From a virus: a stretch of DNA of 64,000 nucleotides. The stretch is from positions 1 to 64,000 of IMG/VR virus record IMGVR_UViG_3300045988_173593, one strand, 5' to 3'. Below are positions 18,574 to 28,613 of this stretch, in pieces; the first letter of the stretch is position 1, and every line of letters starts with the position of its first letter. The notes under the pieces are model-generated. The model saw only the letters and a list, made by a program, of their open reading frames with translations, made no database searches and was not told where the DNA came from. The translations under genes were made by a program, and so were the position numbers.

Positions 18574-19165
18574 ACCATAAAATCTGCGGTATGCCGTTGG
18601 CTGCCGTCCCCTGATGATCCTGCTGTATCGTCACATTGAGCGTGCCGTCTTCGTTTGCGGAAACAATCGCCCTGCCGAGCTGATACCAGCAGTTTTCGGA
18701 GGTGTCGGAGGGTAGATAACTCCTGCCTTCCTCCGCAAGATTGACGATTTCGACTTTTGCCGCTTGCGCTTCGGTTCCGGCGTCCGGATCGGCTGCCACC
18801 GGAGCCGTATATTTGAGCGCGAAAATGCTTGTCTCCGCAATCATGCCCGACCGGTAAGGGTCAAGCTGATACGTCACATTGTTGACTTTGCACACGCTTT
18901 TCCCGCTGACCGGATTCTGTTCCGCGTCATACGTCGACCCGTCCACGATATTCACGTAATAATCGACGTTCGCCCCCGGTTCATCGCTTACCGGCTGTGA
19001 TTCAAGCACCAACTTGAAATAACCGGTGTATTCATAGGATGCCGCCCTTGTTCTCTTTTGCGGGGCAATTGCCTGTCCCGGCTGTGATGTTACATGATTC
19101 CTGCGCGGAATCACACCGAGAATCTTATCACGTTCCGGTGTCCTGCGGTAAACTTCAATTGCCAT
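18548..19165 (-). CDS. hypothetical tail-region protein
   Basis: ORF. Confidence 0.5.
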   Translation of the reverse strand: MAIEVYRRTPERDKILGVIPRRNHVTSQPGQAIAPQKRTRAASYEYTGYFKLVLESQPVSDEPGANVDYYVNIVDGSTYDAEQNPVSGKSVCKVNNVTYQLDPYRSGMIAETSIFALKYTAPVAADPDAGTEAQAAKVEIVNLAEEGRSYLPSDTSENCWYQLGRAIVSANEDGTLNVTIQQDHQGTAANGIPQILWYGYCAEDY

Positions 19166-19167
19166 AT

Positions 19168-20244
19168 TTATGATTCTCCAAACGCTTTTTCAGGCATGGA
19201 AAGCGGTTTCCAGTCCAGCTTTTCATGAAAACCAAACAGTTTGTAACGAGTTTTCTGATACCCTGTCTTTTTATCAATCGGAGCCGGAAGCCCATTTTTA
19301 TCGAGCCATATGGGCTCCGTCAGACGTTCAATAGAGTTTTCATAATCTTCAAATTTATCTTTACCCCATTTATCCTTGAATCCTTCATAACTGTTCCATA
19401 CGACCTGTCCCGTTACCCCTCCAGGATATTTGCCTTTCTTGTTCTCATAAGCATAAATTGGAACGAATCCACCATTTTCACCTTTCATATAAATTGACAT
19501 ATCCCCGACAACTTTCCGCCATGCTCTTTTCGTCTTGACAAGTTTTCCCTCGTCATTTTCCAGCACATAAACCACCGGATCACCGATCAAACGAATAGAA
19601 ATATCCCAGTAACTCCATTTAACTTCGCCGTTTGTTTCACGCGTAACTTTCCTTTCGGCTTTCAGATTATCCATTTTCCACTGATTCGCAGTTAATTTCG
19701 TGCCTCCTACTACAATGCTTTGAGCATTGATGCTTTGGCGGTATGTCATAATCCACGCCGCCTTGAAATCTTCCAGACTGTAGGCAAGGTCTATCACTGG
19801 ATAGCTTACATCGCGTGATACAAGCAGCCGGCTTCCTGAACTGGACTGAATCGGATTCCCGTCAATATCCTGTTCCGGTGTTTCCGTGATGATGTCGCTG
19901 GTAAGGCTCCATGAAGTCAATCCCATTTCCCACGGCGGAGTATCTTCCGTGATTTCATTTCCGTTGACATCTGTCAACAGATTGGAAGAGTAAGAACATG
20001 TCACAATGACTTTTGCGCCGTCTCCCTCATTGGAAATACTCCGCTCTCCGGTCGCCTTGAACTGCGGATAGCTCGGATGCGCCGCATATTTGGACGGCAG
20101 ATTGCTGTCGCCTAAAACAAGATAAGGCTTGCGGATATCTTCTCCGCTGAGTTCATAAATGTATTGCCGTGTTGCGGTCTTGTTTCCGTCTTTGTCAACG
20201 GAAATATCGTTGTTGTCACTGACACCCCTGAAAGCGATTGCCAT
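19168..20244 (-). CDS. hypothetical tail/baseplate-region protein
   Basis: ORF. Confidence 0.5.
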   Translation of the reverse strand: MAIAFRGVSDNNDISVDKDGNKTATRQYIYELSGEDIRKPYLVLGDSNLPSKYAAHPSYPQFKATGERSISNEGDGAKVIVTCSYSSNLLTDVNGNEITEDTPPWEMGLTSWSLTSDIITETPEQDIDGNPIQSSSGSRLLVSRDVSYPVIDLAYSLEDFKAAWIMTYRQSINAQSIVVGGTKLTANQWKMDNLKAERKVTRETNGEVKWSYWDISIRLIGDPVVYVLENDEGKLVKTKRAWRKVVGDMSIYMKGENGGFVPIYAYENKKGKYPGGVTGQVVWNSYEGFKDKWGKDKFEDYENSIERLTEPIWLDKNGLPAPIDKKTGYQKTRYKLFGFHEKLDWKPLSMPEKAFGES

Positions 20245-20356
20245 ATTCTTGCCTCATATATAACGATGTTTTATAAAAAGAGGAAAAGCCATATCATGAC
20301 TACGGCTCTTGTCGGCGCAACAAAAAGGGTAAAAAAAACGCCTATCCTCTCCTAAC

Positions 20357-20372
20357 TGCAATTGTCAATTTA
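20357..20372 (-). promoter_or_regulatory. motif variant (CTGCAATTGTCAATTT) with upstream CCTATCCTC extension
   Basis: The stop codon of the Bro gene is embedded in it. Lies upstream of 20244. Confidence 0.45.
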
Positions 20373-20970
20373 TGAGATTGAGAAGCGGAACTTCATCAAA
20401 CAATCCCGGCTGGTCGATCCGCTCAATGAGTGCAACGGCCGGCTTTCCGTTCCCGCTGGTGTAATACCCCCTGCGGAAATTGTTTTTGGGGACTCCGTTG
20501 CGATTCAGGTCGCCCGGATTACCGGACGGGAGGAAATTCTTTGCAAATTCGAGTTGGCATTTCATTCTTTCGTTTTCATGGATGGAAGCAACGAGCCGAT
20601 CAACCAGCAGTTCCGGCGATACGGCATAGGCTCCATATTTTCTGATGGACGGCAGGACTTCTGCCGTTACCCACTTCTTGAACTTTTTGGCATCCGGTTT
20701 GTTGCTTCCGAGGATTGCATTGTAAAGACCGGATTCGTTGATGATGTTAAATTCACGCGCCATTGAATTTGCACCTGCCATTTCCGCAGACGCAATTTTC
20801 TGAATTTCATCCTCATCCAGCCGCCGCGTCATCATTGCCGTTTCGGAATACCCGAGAATCTCCGCGACGTCCTTTGCCACGAACCACGGTTCATTGTCAA
20901 CGATTACGGTTCTGACTTCACGCTTTCCGAACTGGAAAGCAACCAACTGCCGGCTGTTCTTCTCTGCCAT
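20365..20970 (-). CDS. Bro-N domain antirepressor-type protein
   Basis: VIVDNEPWFVAKDVAEILGY Bro-N signature. RBS AGGAGA before MAEKNS. Confidence 0.7.
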   Translation of the reverse strand: MAEKNSRQLVAFQFGKREVRTVIVDNEPWFVAKDVAEILGYSETAMMTRRLDEDEIQKIASAEMAGANSMAREFNIINESGLYNAILGSNKPDAKKFKKWVTAEVLPSIRKYGAYAVSPELLVDRLVASIHENERMKCQLEFAKNFLPSGNPGDLNRNGVPKNNFRRGYYTSGNGKPAVALIERIDQPGLFDEVPLLNLIN

Positions 20971-21076
20971 TCTGATTTCTCCTGCCGTGATGTTTTGCTG
21001 TGGGAGGAAGATTTGCCACAGCAACGAGCAAATCTTGTCGGCGGCAAGGGGAGGGAGACCGCCTATCCTCACCTTA

Positions 21077-21093
21077 CCCCGGATTGTCAATTT
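21077..21093 (-). promoter_or_regulatory. CCGGATTGTCAAT motif copy (extended form with CCTATCCTC)
   Basis: Upstream of the Bro gene. Confidence 0.5.
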
Positions 21094-21124
21094 GCTTGAA
21101 AAACAGACGGCGGCGAGCTATAAT

Positions 21125-21141
21125 AAATTGACAAATTGAGG
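21125..21141 (+). promoter_or_regulatory. plus-orientation AAATTGACAAATTGAGG motif-like element before 21146
   Basis: Weaker match. Confidence 0.3.
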
Positions 21142-21145
21142 AATA

Positions 21146-21595
21146 ATGAACATGAGAGAAACATTGATTGCCCTGCTGGGCGTTTTAACGGGAGTGGCAA
21201 CAGAAAGTGTTGCTTACTTTATAAAAAAGAGAGGTTATGATATGCAGGAACTGATTGATTCTTTGATTGAGGAGCTTGAAAAGCTGGAAGTCATGTATAC
21301 TCTGAAGCATCCGTCCGATCCGGATGATCCGGAAACGCGGATATGCCTTGCTTCGGTCAAACATAAATTCGCACGCCTGATACGCAGACGGCATTTTTTC
21401 TGGCATCGTGCGACAAACCGGAATCTGATTTTCTGTTATGAAAACTTCCTGAATGCTGACGGCGGAACAAAACCTTTTGAATATACCCATGGAAAGTTTG
21501 TCGATATTCCGGACAGTCGCAAGACCTGCTGCATGAAAGCTGATAAACTGGCTGTGCTTATCCGTATGCTGGAAAGAATCCACCCTGTTTTCTGA
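21146..21595 (+). CDS. hypothetical protein
   Basis: ORF. Confidence 0.45.
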   Translation: MNMRETLIALLGVLTGVATESVAYFIKKRGYDMQELIDSLIEELEKLEVMYTLKHPSDPDDPETRICLASVKHKFARLIRRRHFFWHRATNRNLIFCYENFLNADGGTKPFEYTHGKFVDIPDSRKTCCMKADKLAVLIRMLERIHPVF

Positions 21596-21655
21596 AAAGG
21601 TGCAGTTTTTCGGCGTGAAAAAAAGACCGGGATTTTTCATCCCGGCTGCGTATCA

Positions 21656-22024
21656 TCAGGCTATCAGGGCATCCGCCGGGCATCCGAGCACAACGCGGAG
21701 TTTCTTGATCATGGCAAGGGTAAGATTGCGTTTGCCGCTTAACACCTCATAGGCGCGGCTGAGCGTCCCGAAGCACGGCGCAATGTCTTTCATCTTCAAG
21801 CCCTTTTGTTCCATCATGAATTTGATGAAGTCTATCGGGTCTGGATCAGGGAAATGAAACCGCTTGTCCTCGTATGCACCAAGAACAAGGCTCATCAACT
21901 CCAATTCTTCGGCATCCTCCGGCGTGAGATTGTCCAGTTCGTCGGCATGAGCTTCAAGGAAAGCATTGATTCGCGCGGTCATGGCGCGCATTTCATCATC
22001 ATTTTTTATCGTGCTGATTTCCAC
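21656..22024 (-). CDS. HigA-like / XRE-family HTH protein (antitoxin-like)
   Basis: C-terminal HTH LKMKDIAPCFGTLSRAYEVLSGKRNLTLAMIKKL. Confidence 0.5.
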   Translation of the reverse strand: MEISTIKNDDEMRAMTARINAFLEAHADELDNLTPEDAEELELMSLVLGAYEDKRFHFPDPDPIDFIKFMMEQKGLKMKDIAPCFGTLSRAYEVLSGKRNLTLAMIKKLRVVLGCPADALIA

Positions 22025-22194
22025 TTGTCCACCTCATCAAAACTTCTTTTTGCTGTATTCGGCGTGTGTGCCGATCCACAAAACATAAACTCGCCCCTGT
22101 GCATAAACTACTAATATAGTCCCAAAATGGGAAAAGTCAAATCACTAAAATATTCAATTATTCCAGGAATTTGCGCTGTTCTCGGATTATCCGC

Positions 22195-22223
22195 TTGACT
22201 TTTTTCTTAAAGTGTGGTATAAT
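22195..22223 (+). promoter_or_regulatory. sigma70-type promoter TTGACT-17-TATAAT
   Basis: Read directly. CCGCTTGACT context. Confidence 0.6.
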
Positions 22224-22250
22224 AAATACCACAAAGAATAGGAGGTAGCC

Positions 22251-22619
22251 ATGAATAATAAAAAATTTCATGAATTCCTGCGGGAAAAGAGAATGAAAAA
22301 AAGAATCACACTCCGTGAATTTTGTCGCATCGTAGGTGAAGACCCTTCCAATTACAGCAAGATTGAACGAGGTTTAAAGGTTCCTCCGAATGATGAAACA
22401 TTGGAACGTTACGGAAAAGGGTTGCAGATGTCCGGTGATGCCCTGCATGAGTTTATTACTATGGGAGCATTATTCAGGAAAGAGTTGCCTGTCAGGTTGA
22501 CCGATGAAGAGTTGATAGGAAAACTTCCGGCATTATTACGAATCATAAACGGAGAAATGCCTACGGAAGAGCAACTAAGGGAGGCTGCTGCAATAACAAG
22601 GGAGGCGAATCGTTCATGA
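22251..22619 (+). CDS. XRE-family HTH transcriptional regulator
   Basis: ITLREFCRIVGEDPSNYSKIERG HTH. RBS AGGAGG. Confidence 0.7.
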   Translation: MNNKKFHEFLREKRMKKRITLREFCRIVGEDPSNYSKIERGLKVPPNDETLERYGKGLQMSGDALHEFITMGALFRKELPVRLTDEELIGKLPALLRIINGEMPTEEQLREAAAITREANRS

Positions 22620-23191
22620 GTCAAAAGATATGGACACCAGGTTATGAATATAAGGAAGTTTCCGCAAAGGCAGAGGAGTATCGTAAAAAATATCCTTCTT
22701 TGCGGGAAATACCTATTGATATTGACTCCTTTCTACAGTTTGATTTGGCGATTGATGTTGTCCCTTATGCAGGCTTAAAGGATCGGGTTCAGGCAGAAGC
22801 AATGTTATCCCTTGATTTTTCAACCATTTATGTTGATAATGATTCTTACAAGAGCGAAAAACAATGGAATAGACTGAAATTTTCATTGGCACATGAACTT
22901 GGACATTTTGCACTGCACAGAGAGTTTTTTGAAAAACAGAATATTCTATCGGAAGAAAATTGGATTAATTTTATGGAAGCGATTCAATTGAAATATGGTT
23001 TTCTGGAAAATCATGCCAATTGGTTCGCTGGTGCTCTTTTAGTCCCGGCTAAGGAACTTTTGAAATGCTTGAAATCTAAACCACTTCCATCACTTCCATC
23101 ACTTTCAAGAAAATTTGAAGTTTCAAAAAAGGTAATCGAGAAACGTTTATTATCTGAGGATATTGCTCCGTTCCTTGATTTCCCCGCTTGA
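22616..23191 (+). CDS. ImmA/IrrE-family metallopeptidase (HEXXH)
   Basis: AHELGHFALH. An ATGA overlap couples it to the XRE gene. Confidence 0.7.
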   Translation: MSQKIWTPGYEYKEVSAKAEEYRKKYPSLREIPIDIDSFLQFDLAIDVVPYAGLKDRVQAEAMLSLDFSTIYVDNDSYKSEKQWNRLKFSLAHELGHFALHREFFEKQNILSEENWINFMEAIQLKYGFLENHANWFAGALLVPAKELLKCLKSKPLPSLPSLSRKFEVSKKVIEKRLLSEDIAPFLDFPA

Positions 23192-23245
23192 CTTTTTCCA
23201 CGGAACAATTATTTTTATTACCGTCAACAAAAGGGGAGAATAATT

Positions 23246-23704
23246 ATGCCTGACATCAAAGTTTTTTGCGTGACATGTGAAAAATATTACTCCGTTGATT
23301 CTTCATACGCCGGGCTGGATGTGGAATGCCCGGAATGCGGGAGGAAGCTTCATGTTCCGGGAGAACCGCCAAAGGATGAAATCCCGGAAACAATGAAGGA
23401 TTTGGTGGAAGAGCAGGAGAAAAAACAGAATGCCGCAAAGAAATATCTGTTCCTGAATCAGTTCAAGACTCCGATTCTGTCATCAATTTATGAGGGATTA
23501 GCTGTTACTAATATTATTTTTGCCGTCCTTGTTATTATAATAGGAATTTTTCATGTAGAAGATTTTGAATCATACATTGCGGCATCCATTGGTCTTTTTT
23601 TTGCTGCAATGGTTTTTCTCGGCATTGCCCAAGTCATTACTGCCGTATGCAAAACGGCATTTTATGCACAACTGAGTTTTGAGTTGCAGGCAAACCAAAA
23701 GTGA
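23246..23704 (+). CDS. zinc-ribbon (CVTCEKY...CPECG) plus 2-TM membrane protein
   Basis: ORF with its own promoter-like region. Confidence 0.5.
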   Translation: MPDIKVFCVTCEKYYSVDSSYAGLDVECPECGRKLHVPGEPPKDEIPETMKDLVEEQEKKQNAAKKYLFLNQFKTPILSSIYEGLAVTNIIFAVLVIIIGIFHVEDFESYIAASIGLFFAAMVFLGIAQVITAVCKTAFYAQLSFELQANQK

Positions 23705-23707
23705 TAA

Positions 23708-26614
23708 TCAAACAGCGACAAATCCCTCTTTAGGCATTTTGTCATAAATAGCTTTCAGGGTATTGACCATGACACCGGCTTGCTGTTTCAAATATTTTGT
23801 ATTTTCCTGCGTCTGTTTTGCATACTCATCTGCTGCACTCTTGTAATATCTCCGTGATTCAGCCTGTGCCGCCTGAGCGGTTCCGTATTCAACCGCCTGA
23901 AAAGCAGTCTGTAAACCATTTGCAAAATCCATAGAGTTTTTTACAAGGTTTTTTAATTCAGAATTTATATTGTGCATCTCTCCAAAGATACTTGCTTTTT
24001 TACCTTCATCGGTTGTTGATTCAAGTTGTTTCGAAAGTTCGTTGAATCTATTTTGAAGCATTTCTCTTTTCTTTGCAGAACTGTTCTCATACGAAAGTTG
24101 ATACTGAAAAAGCTGATTTTCCGTTGATTCCATATTTTTTCTGACATCTCTCAATTTATCCACTTTTGAGAAATAATCTTGCGTAAGTTTAAGATATTCA
24201 TCAGGATTTCTGAGTTTAAGATTTTCCACATCCGCTTTTTTTAACGCATCTTCTGCATTTTTTACCTGCAATTCATAAGCAGATATTTGGGTTGAATAAT
24301 CTTTACCTATCAAAGAACGTTCAACATAAATGTTTTTCAATCTTTCTTGATATTCTTTGATTCTGTTTTCATTTTCTTCAATCTTTTTCAGAAGCTCTAT
24401 TTTCTCTTTCAGAAGTTCATTTTGTTTTTTTACATTTCCTGCGGATTCTGCAAAACCATACGCTACATTGATAGCGCCAATTCTTCCTTTATCATGCTGT
24501 ATTTGCTCTTGGACAGAAAGTCTTGAATATCTGTATTGATTGACTGTTTCATTCAAGGCTTTGATATCTGCTGCTCTTTCTTGTTGTTCAGCATCTGCTT
24601 TCTCTTTTGCGGCTTTTTTTAGTTCAGCTTCTTCCTGTTCTTTTGCGGCTTTCTCAAGTGCTTTTGCTTCTCTCTCTTTTCTCATGTTTTCTACATTTGC
24701 TTCGTATTTTCTCTGTCGCTCTAAGTCACCATATTTTAAACCGTCAAGTGTTCCCAATGTTTCAATAAGAAAATCTGTTTCAGATAAATAGTTTATACCT
24801 CTATAAAGACCATAACCTATCAAACCTACCACTCCGGCTTTCGCTGCTAATTTAAGACCGGCAAGTTTACCAATACCACTAGCCGCGGTGACACTTGTAG
24901 CGGCTTTAAGTCTACTAGTCCATTCCTTTAATTTACCAATGTGACTTCCTATACCCTTGGTTACTTTTCCAATGCTCCCCATAACACCAATACCAATAAC
25001 TCCTGCAATACCTCCTAACCCTTTATCGAGTTTTTTAGTATTTTTTATAACTTTTCCTGTTGTTTTTCCAAGGTTGGAAAAAGTTTGTTTCAACCCCTTA
25101 TCACGCATATTAACGGGGATTGCTGTTCGGCTTCCTGCGATAGATTTTTCCAACTGTCTATACCTGTTTGCCTGATGCTGGTTGAAGCGTATCTTTGCAT
25201 ACTGCTCATTTGTTAGGGCATTCGCCAAATCGGAAAGCGTGGCATCTGCCACCGGAATACTTCTTCCTCTTTGAAGTGCCGCTGTCCGCTGGTTGATAAG
25301 CGCAATCTGCTGTGCAAGCGCGGCATTTTGCGCGTTCAGTGCTGTTGTGTTTGCACCGGTTGCAACTGTATCAGCCGCCGTTGCCGCCGTAGCCTTTGCC
25401 TGAATCGCAAGCTGGATTGTCTTTATGGTGTTGATTGCAGCCACGGCTCCTTTGACCGTGACATACCCCCCGGTAAGAAGCGTCAAATCCGCAATCAGCT
25501 TCTGCGTGCTTTCATCCATATTGTTGAATGAGGCGAGAAGCGGTGTAAGCGCACCGTTCAGAGTAAGGATGTTTTTTGCAGACTCTCCGACCTGAATACT
25601 GATCTTGTTGAAAGTATTCGGCAGGCTCGCAATCTGTTTATCCAGATTCTGTGCCTGTGTCGCAAATGCTTCTGCGGATGAACCTGCCTTGTCTTCGAAG
25701 ATTTCCATATTGTCGGCGAACATCTTGTATTGTCCTCCGGCAAGCGCGACTGCCGCCCTCATTCCCTCGATGGACGGCACAATTTGCGCTATGGCTTCGG
25801 TATTGGTTCCGACTTTCGAGTTGAGTTCCGCCATAACTCCGGAAAGCCCCTTCAACTTCAACGCAGCGGCATTCAGCTCGATTCCGTATTTCTGCGCGAC
25901 TTTTGTCGCTTCGTCTGTCGGCTTGATGAAAGCGGTAATCAGTGCGGAAAGCGAAGTGATAGCCCGTTCCGTCGGCATTGTCGTGGTAAGGGTTGCCGCC
26001 GCTGCGCCGAGTTCATCAAGTGACACTCCGGCATTTGCCGCCACTCCGGCAACAGAACCGATGGTATTTGCAAAAGAGCTTCCCGTTGTTTTTCCCTGTT
26101 TGACGACTTGAAAAAACATATCGGAAATTTCCGTCACATCGTTTGCGGTTTTTCCGTATGCGTTCATAATGGACGTGACGGCGTCCATGGTCGGAATCTG
26201 GTCTGCGACAATCGCCTGAGAGAGTTTTCCGACTTCTCCGGTAAACTTCACCAGTTCTTTTTCCGTCCCTCGGACGCCGGACGAATACGCAAAGTAAAGC
26301 GCACCGGCATTGTCTGCCGCGGAACCAAGACGGGAATCCAGTGAAAGCAGTTCACTTCTTACCTTGCTTAAATCAAGTTCTGAGGCAATGGATTTGATAT
26401 TGTAAAGCTCGCGGTTGAATGCCATGGAAGCGGCGGCAGCCCGCTTCATATAAGCAATGACGGACGCCGAACCGAACGCCAGCCCCAGGTTTTTCATAAC
26501 CTCTCCGGCAAGCGTGCTCGACTGATTCAATTTCTGATTGAACGCATTCAGACTGCTTTCTGCATTTCTGCTTTTGCATTCGATCGCTAACGTTACAATA
26601 TCTGCTTCAGCCAT
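23708..26614 (-). CDS. tail tape measure protein
   Basis: 968 aa. Coiled-coil and Gly-rich hydrophobic segments. Lies downstream of the G/GT pair. Confidence 0.85.
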   Translation of the reverse strand: MAEADIVTLAIECKSRNAESSLNAFNQKLNQSSTLAGEVMKNLGLAFGSASVIAYMKRAAAASMAFNRELYNIKSIASELDLSKVRSELLSLDSRLGSAADNAGALYFAYSSGVRGTEKELVKFTGEVGKLSQAIVADQIPTMDAVTSIMNAYGKTANDVTEISDMFFQVVKQGKTTGSSFANTIGSVAGVAANAGVSLDELGAAAATLTTTMPTERAITSLSALITAFIKPTDEATKVAQKYGIELNAAALKLKGLSGVMAELNSKVGTNTEAIAQIVPSIEGMRAAVALAGGQYKMFADNMEIFEDKAGSSAEAFATQAQNLDKQIASLPNTFNKISIQVGESAKNILTLNGALTPLLASFNNMDESTQKLIADLTLLTGGYVTVKGAVAAINTIKTIQLAIQAKATAATAADTVATGANTTALNAQNAALAQQIALINQRTAALQRGRSIPVADATLSDLANALTNEQYAKIRFNQHQANRYRQLEKSIAGSRTAIPVNMRDKGLKQTFSNLGKTTGKVIKNTKKLDKGLGGIAGVIGIGVMGSIGKVTKGIGSHIGKLKEWTSRLKAATSVTAASGIGKLAGLKLAAKAGVVGLIGYGLYRGINYLSETDFLIETLGTLDGLKYGDLERQRKYEANVENMRKEREAKALEKAAKEQEEAELKKAAKEKADAEQQERAADIKALNETVNQYRYSRLSVQEQIQHDKGRIGAINVAYGFAESAGNVKKQNELLKEKIELLKKIEENENRIKEYQERLKNIYVERSLIGKDYSTQISAYELQVKNAEDALKKADVENLKLRNPDEYLKLTQDYFSKVDKLRDVRKNMESTENQLFQYQLSYENSSAKKREMLQNRFNELSKQLESTTDEGKKASIFGEMHNINSELKNLVKNSMDFANGLQTAFQAVEYGTAQAAQAESRRYYKSAADEYAKQTQENTKYLKQQAGVMVNTLKAIYDKMPKEGFVAV

Positions 26615-26616
26615 TT

Positions 26617-27374
26617 TTATCTGTTCCGTCCTTCGTATATTCTCATTGCCTCGCGCCGCTTCCGTTCCTCAAGCGGAAGTTTTTCTTCTTCTGCCTTCTG
26701 CTGTTCCAGAATTTCCCTGAAAACGGGAAGTTCCGCCCGGTCTAACGGCTCTTTTCTCTGATATTTCTTTTTATGATCGCAGGTCAGGTCAAACAGAATT
26801 TCCTGAATCCCGTGAAGATAGAGCATCAGCTTATGCTGATATTCGAATTCAGATTTCAGTTTTTCCTGTTCGATCTTCTCTTTTTCAAGTTCAAAATATG
26901 CTTCCGCCTCCCACAGCCAGATGGCGTCTTTCAGTGAAAGAGGCAGAAGCGGGGAAAAGTCTTTGTATTTTGCGCAAAGATAAATCAGCCTTGCGTAACT
27001 GTCGCCGATGCAGAATCTGCCGGAAGAGATTTTTTTTTAGCCTCCTCGGTTTCTTCTTCAATGGCTTTTTTATACCTGTTGGTCAACTCGTAAACGGCAT
27101 TGGCGATTTTGACCGCCGCCTCACGTGCGTTTTCAATCAGATAAGGCGCAACAAACACATCCATATCCGCGCCGTAAATCAGCGCGGTCTGGACAAGCTG
27201 TTCATGATTTGCCGTTGCCGGAAGCCCGTCAAGGGCAAGCTGTCCCCTTCCTCCGAGCGCATGAACAGTGACAAGCTGCTTTTCTCCTGCAATCTCAACT
27301 TCCACATCCTCATGCGGCAGCTCAAGCACCTTTAGTTTTGACAGGTCAAGCCGTTTTGCTTTGTTCTCTTCCAT
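26617..27374 (-). CDS. tail assembly chaperone GT-like fusion product via a -1 programmed frameshift at the A9 run (+ coords 27030-27038)
   Basis: The -1 frame stays open from the slippery site down to 26617 (hand-translated, no stops). Confidence 0.55.
26985..27374 (-). CDS. tail assembly chaperone (gpG-like)
   Basis: Position between the major tail and tape measure genes. Acidic C-terminus. A9 slippery run near its end. Confidence 0.6.
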   Translation of the reverse strand: MEENKAKRLDLSKLKVLELPHEDVEVEIAGEKQLVTVHALGGRGQLALDGLPATANHEQLVQTALIYGADMDVFVAPYLIENAREAAVKIANAVYELTNRYKKAIEEETEEAKKKSLPADSASATVTQG

Positions 27375-27404
27375 TATGGTTCATCCCTTCCTTAATTGTG
27401 AAAC

Positions 27405-27815
27405 TCAACCCTCTGAAACCGGACCGTTGATTGTAAACGTCACTGTAAAGCCCGGCTGTCCTTCGGCAACATCCCCGGACGGCGAACCGACGTTCTTCAC
27501 CTGTGCATTGTAGGATTTCGTCCACGTTGCTCCGGTGACTTTCGACTCAAACTTCAGGACTTTTGAAGTTCCTGCCTCTTTGTCTGTAATGAGGGAGTCA
27601 CGAACCGTGTTGTCAAAGAATACGTCGATGTCATAATCGGCATATTTCTGGTTTGGCGTGTTTTTCGTAAAACTCCGCTCATTGGTTTCCACTTCGTAAG
27701 AAGTGTTTTCCGTTGTCGCCGGAAGCCCGGAAAATGTTCCGAGAAACTCAATCGCGTTTTCTCCCCAACTTACGACAATGTCTTTGCTGCTGAGCAGCGG
27801 TGCTGTTCCTGCCAT
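27405..27815 (-). CDS. major tail protein (by position)
   Basis: Immediately upstream of G/GT. Confidence 0.5.
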   Translation of the reverse strand: MAGTAPLLSSKDIVVSWGENAIEFLGTFSGLPATTENTSYEVETNERSFTKNTPNQKYADYDIDVFFDNTVRDSLITDKEAGTSKVLKFESKVTGATWTKSYNAQVKNVGSPSGDVAEGQPGFTVTFTINGPVSEG

Positions 27816-27850
27816 TTTTTAATCTCCTTATATTTGGTTTGGCGTGTTTT

Positions 27851-28492
27851 TTATTCTTCAATATAAAGTGGCAAAAGGTATTGAATAAATTCAGGAATTC
27901 TTACCTGAATATTTCGTCTGTCACTGCGGAAACAGGAACGCATGAAATGAGTTCTCGGAAGTCCGTTTCTTTCTGATATTTCCCCGTATTTCGTTTTCGG
28001 CAATGCATCCTGTGCAATTACCTTCACGAGTCGCTCAAGAGCTTTCATTTCGGCTTCTGCGGAAATCCTGCGTTCCATTTCTTCGGTTAATGTCTGATAG
28101 AGTGCCTGCAACTGTTCATCAGTCGCGTTTGGATTAACTGCTGCGCCTTTGTGGAAGTAATCAAAAAGAGCCTTGTAGCATTCTTTCTGATACATTATGA
28201 TAGCCTCGCGTTTCTTTCCTGTGTATCTGCTTGCCGGAATTTTGAAAAGCCACCCGTTCAAGTAATCGAGAGGCAGACAAACCATTTCTCTTTTTTTCCC
28301 GTCTTCCGCAACTATCCCCGTAACGGTGACAGTTGAACTTAAAACAGGATCACGGTGAATCAGCGCATGCTGTTTCTTCCAATCCAGCCCCATAGCTTCA
28401 ACAATGGGTTTCATTGCCACATACTGCTTACCGTCCTTTTCAATGACGGCAATCTCGTTTCCATGAAAGTTAACTTTTTGTAATTTGCTCAT
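27851..28492 (-). CDS. antirepressor-like protein (ORF6N / P22 AR N-terminal type)
   Basis: N-terminus VNFHGNEIAVIEKDGKQYVAMKPIVEAMGL. Has its own motif promoter. Confidence 0.5.
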   Translation of the reverse strand: MSKLQKVNFHGNEIAVIEKDGKQYVAMKPIVEAMGLDWKKQHALIHRDPVLSSTVTVTGIVAEDGKKREMVCLPLDYLNGWLFKIPASRYTGKKREAIIMYQKECYKALFDYFHKGAAVNPNATDEQLQALYQTLTEEMERRISAEAEMKALERLVKVIAQDALPKTKYGEISERNGLPRTHFMRSCFRSDRRNIQVRIPEFIQYLLPLYIEE

Positions 28493-28597
28493 ACCATTTT
28501 CTCTTTTCTCTGAGTTTTGTTAACTGAAGGAGGAAAGCGGCGCTCAGTCCTACACCGCCTTGTCAGACTGCCTTTCAGCAGACCTATCCTCCCTTAA

Positions 28598-28613
28598 CCC
28601 GGATTGTCAATTT
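28598..28613 (-). promoter_or_regulatory. CCGGATTGTCAAT motif copy (extended CCTATCCTC form)
   Basis: Upstream of 28492. Contains the stop codon of 28607..29044. Confidence 0.5.
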
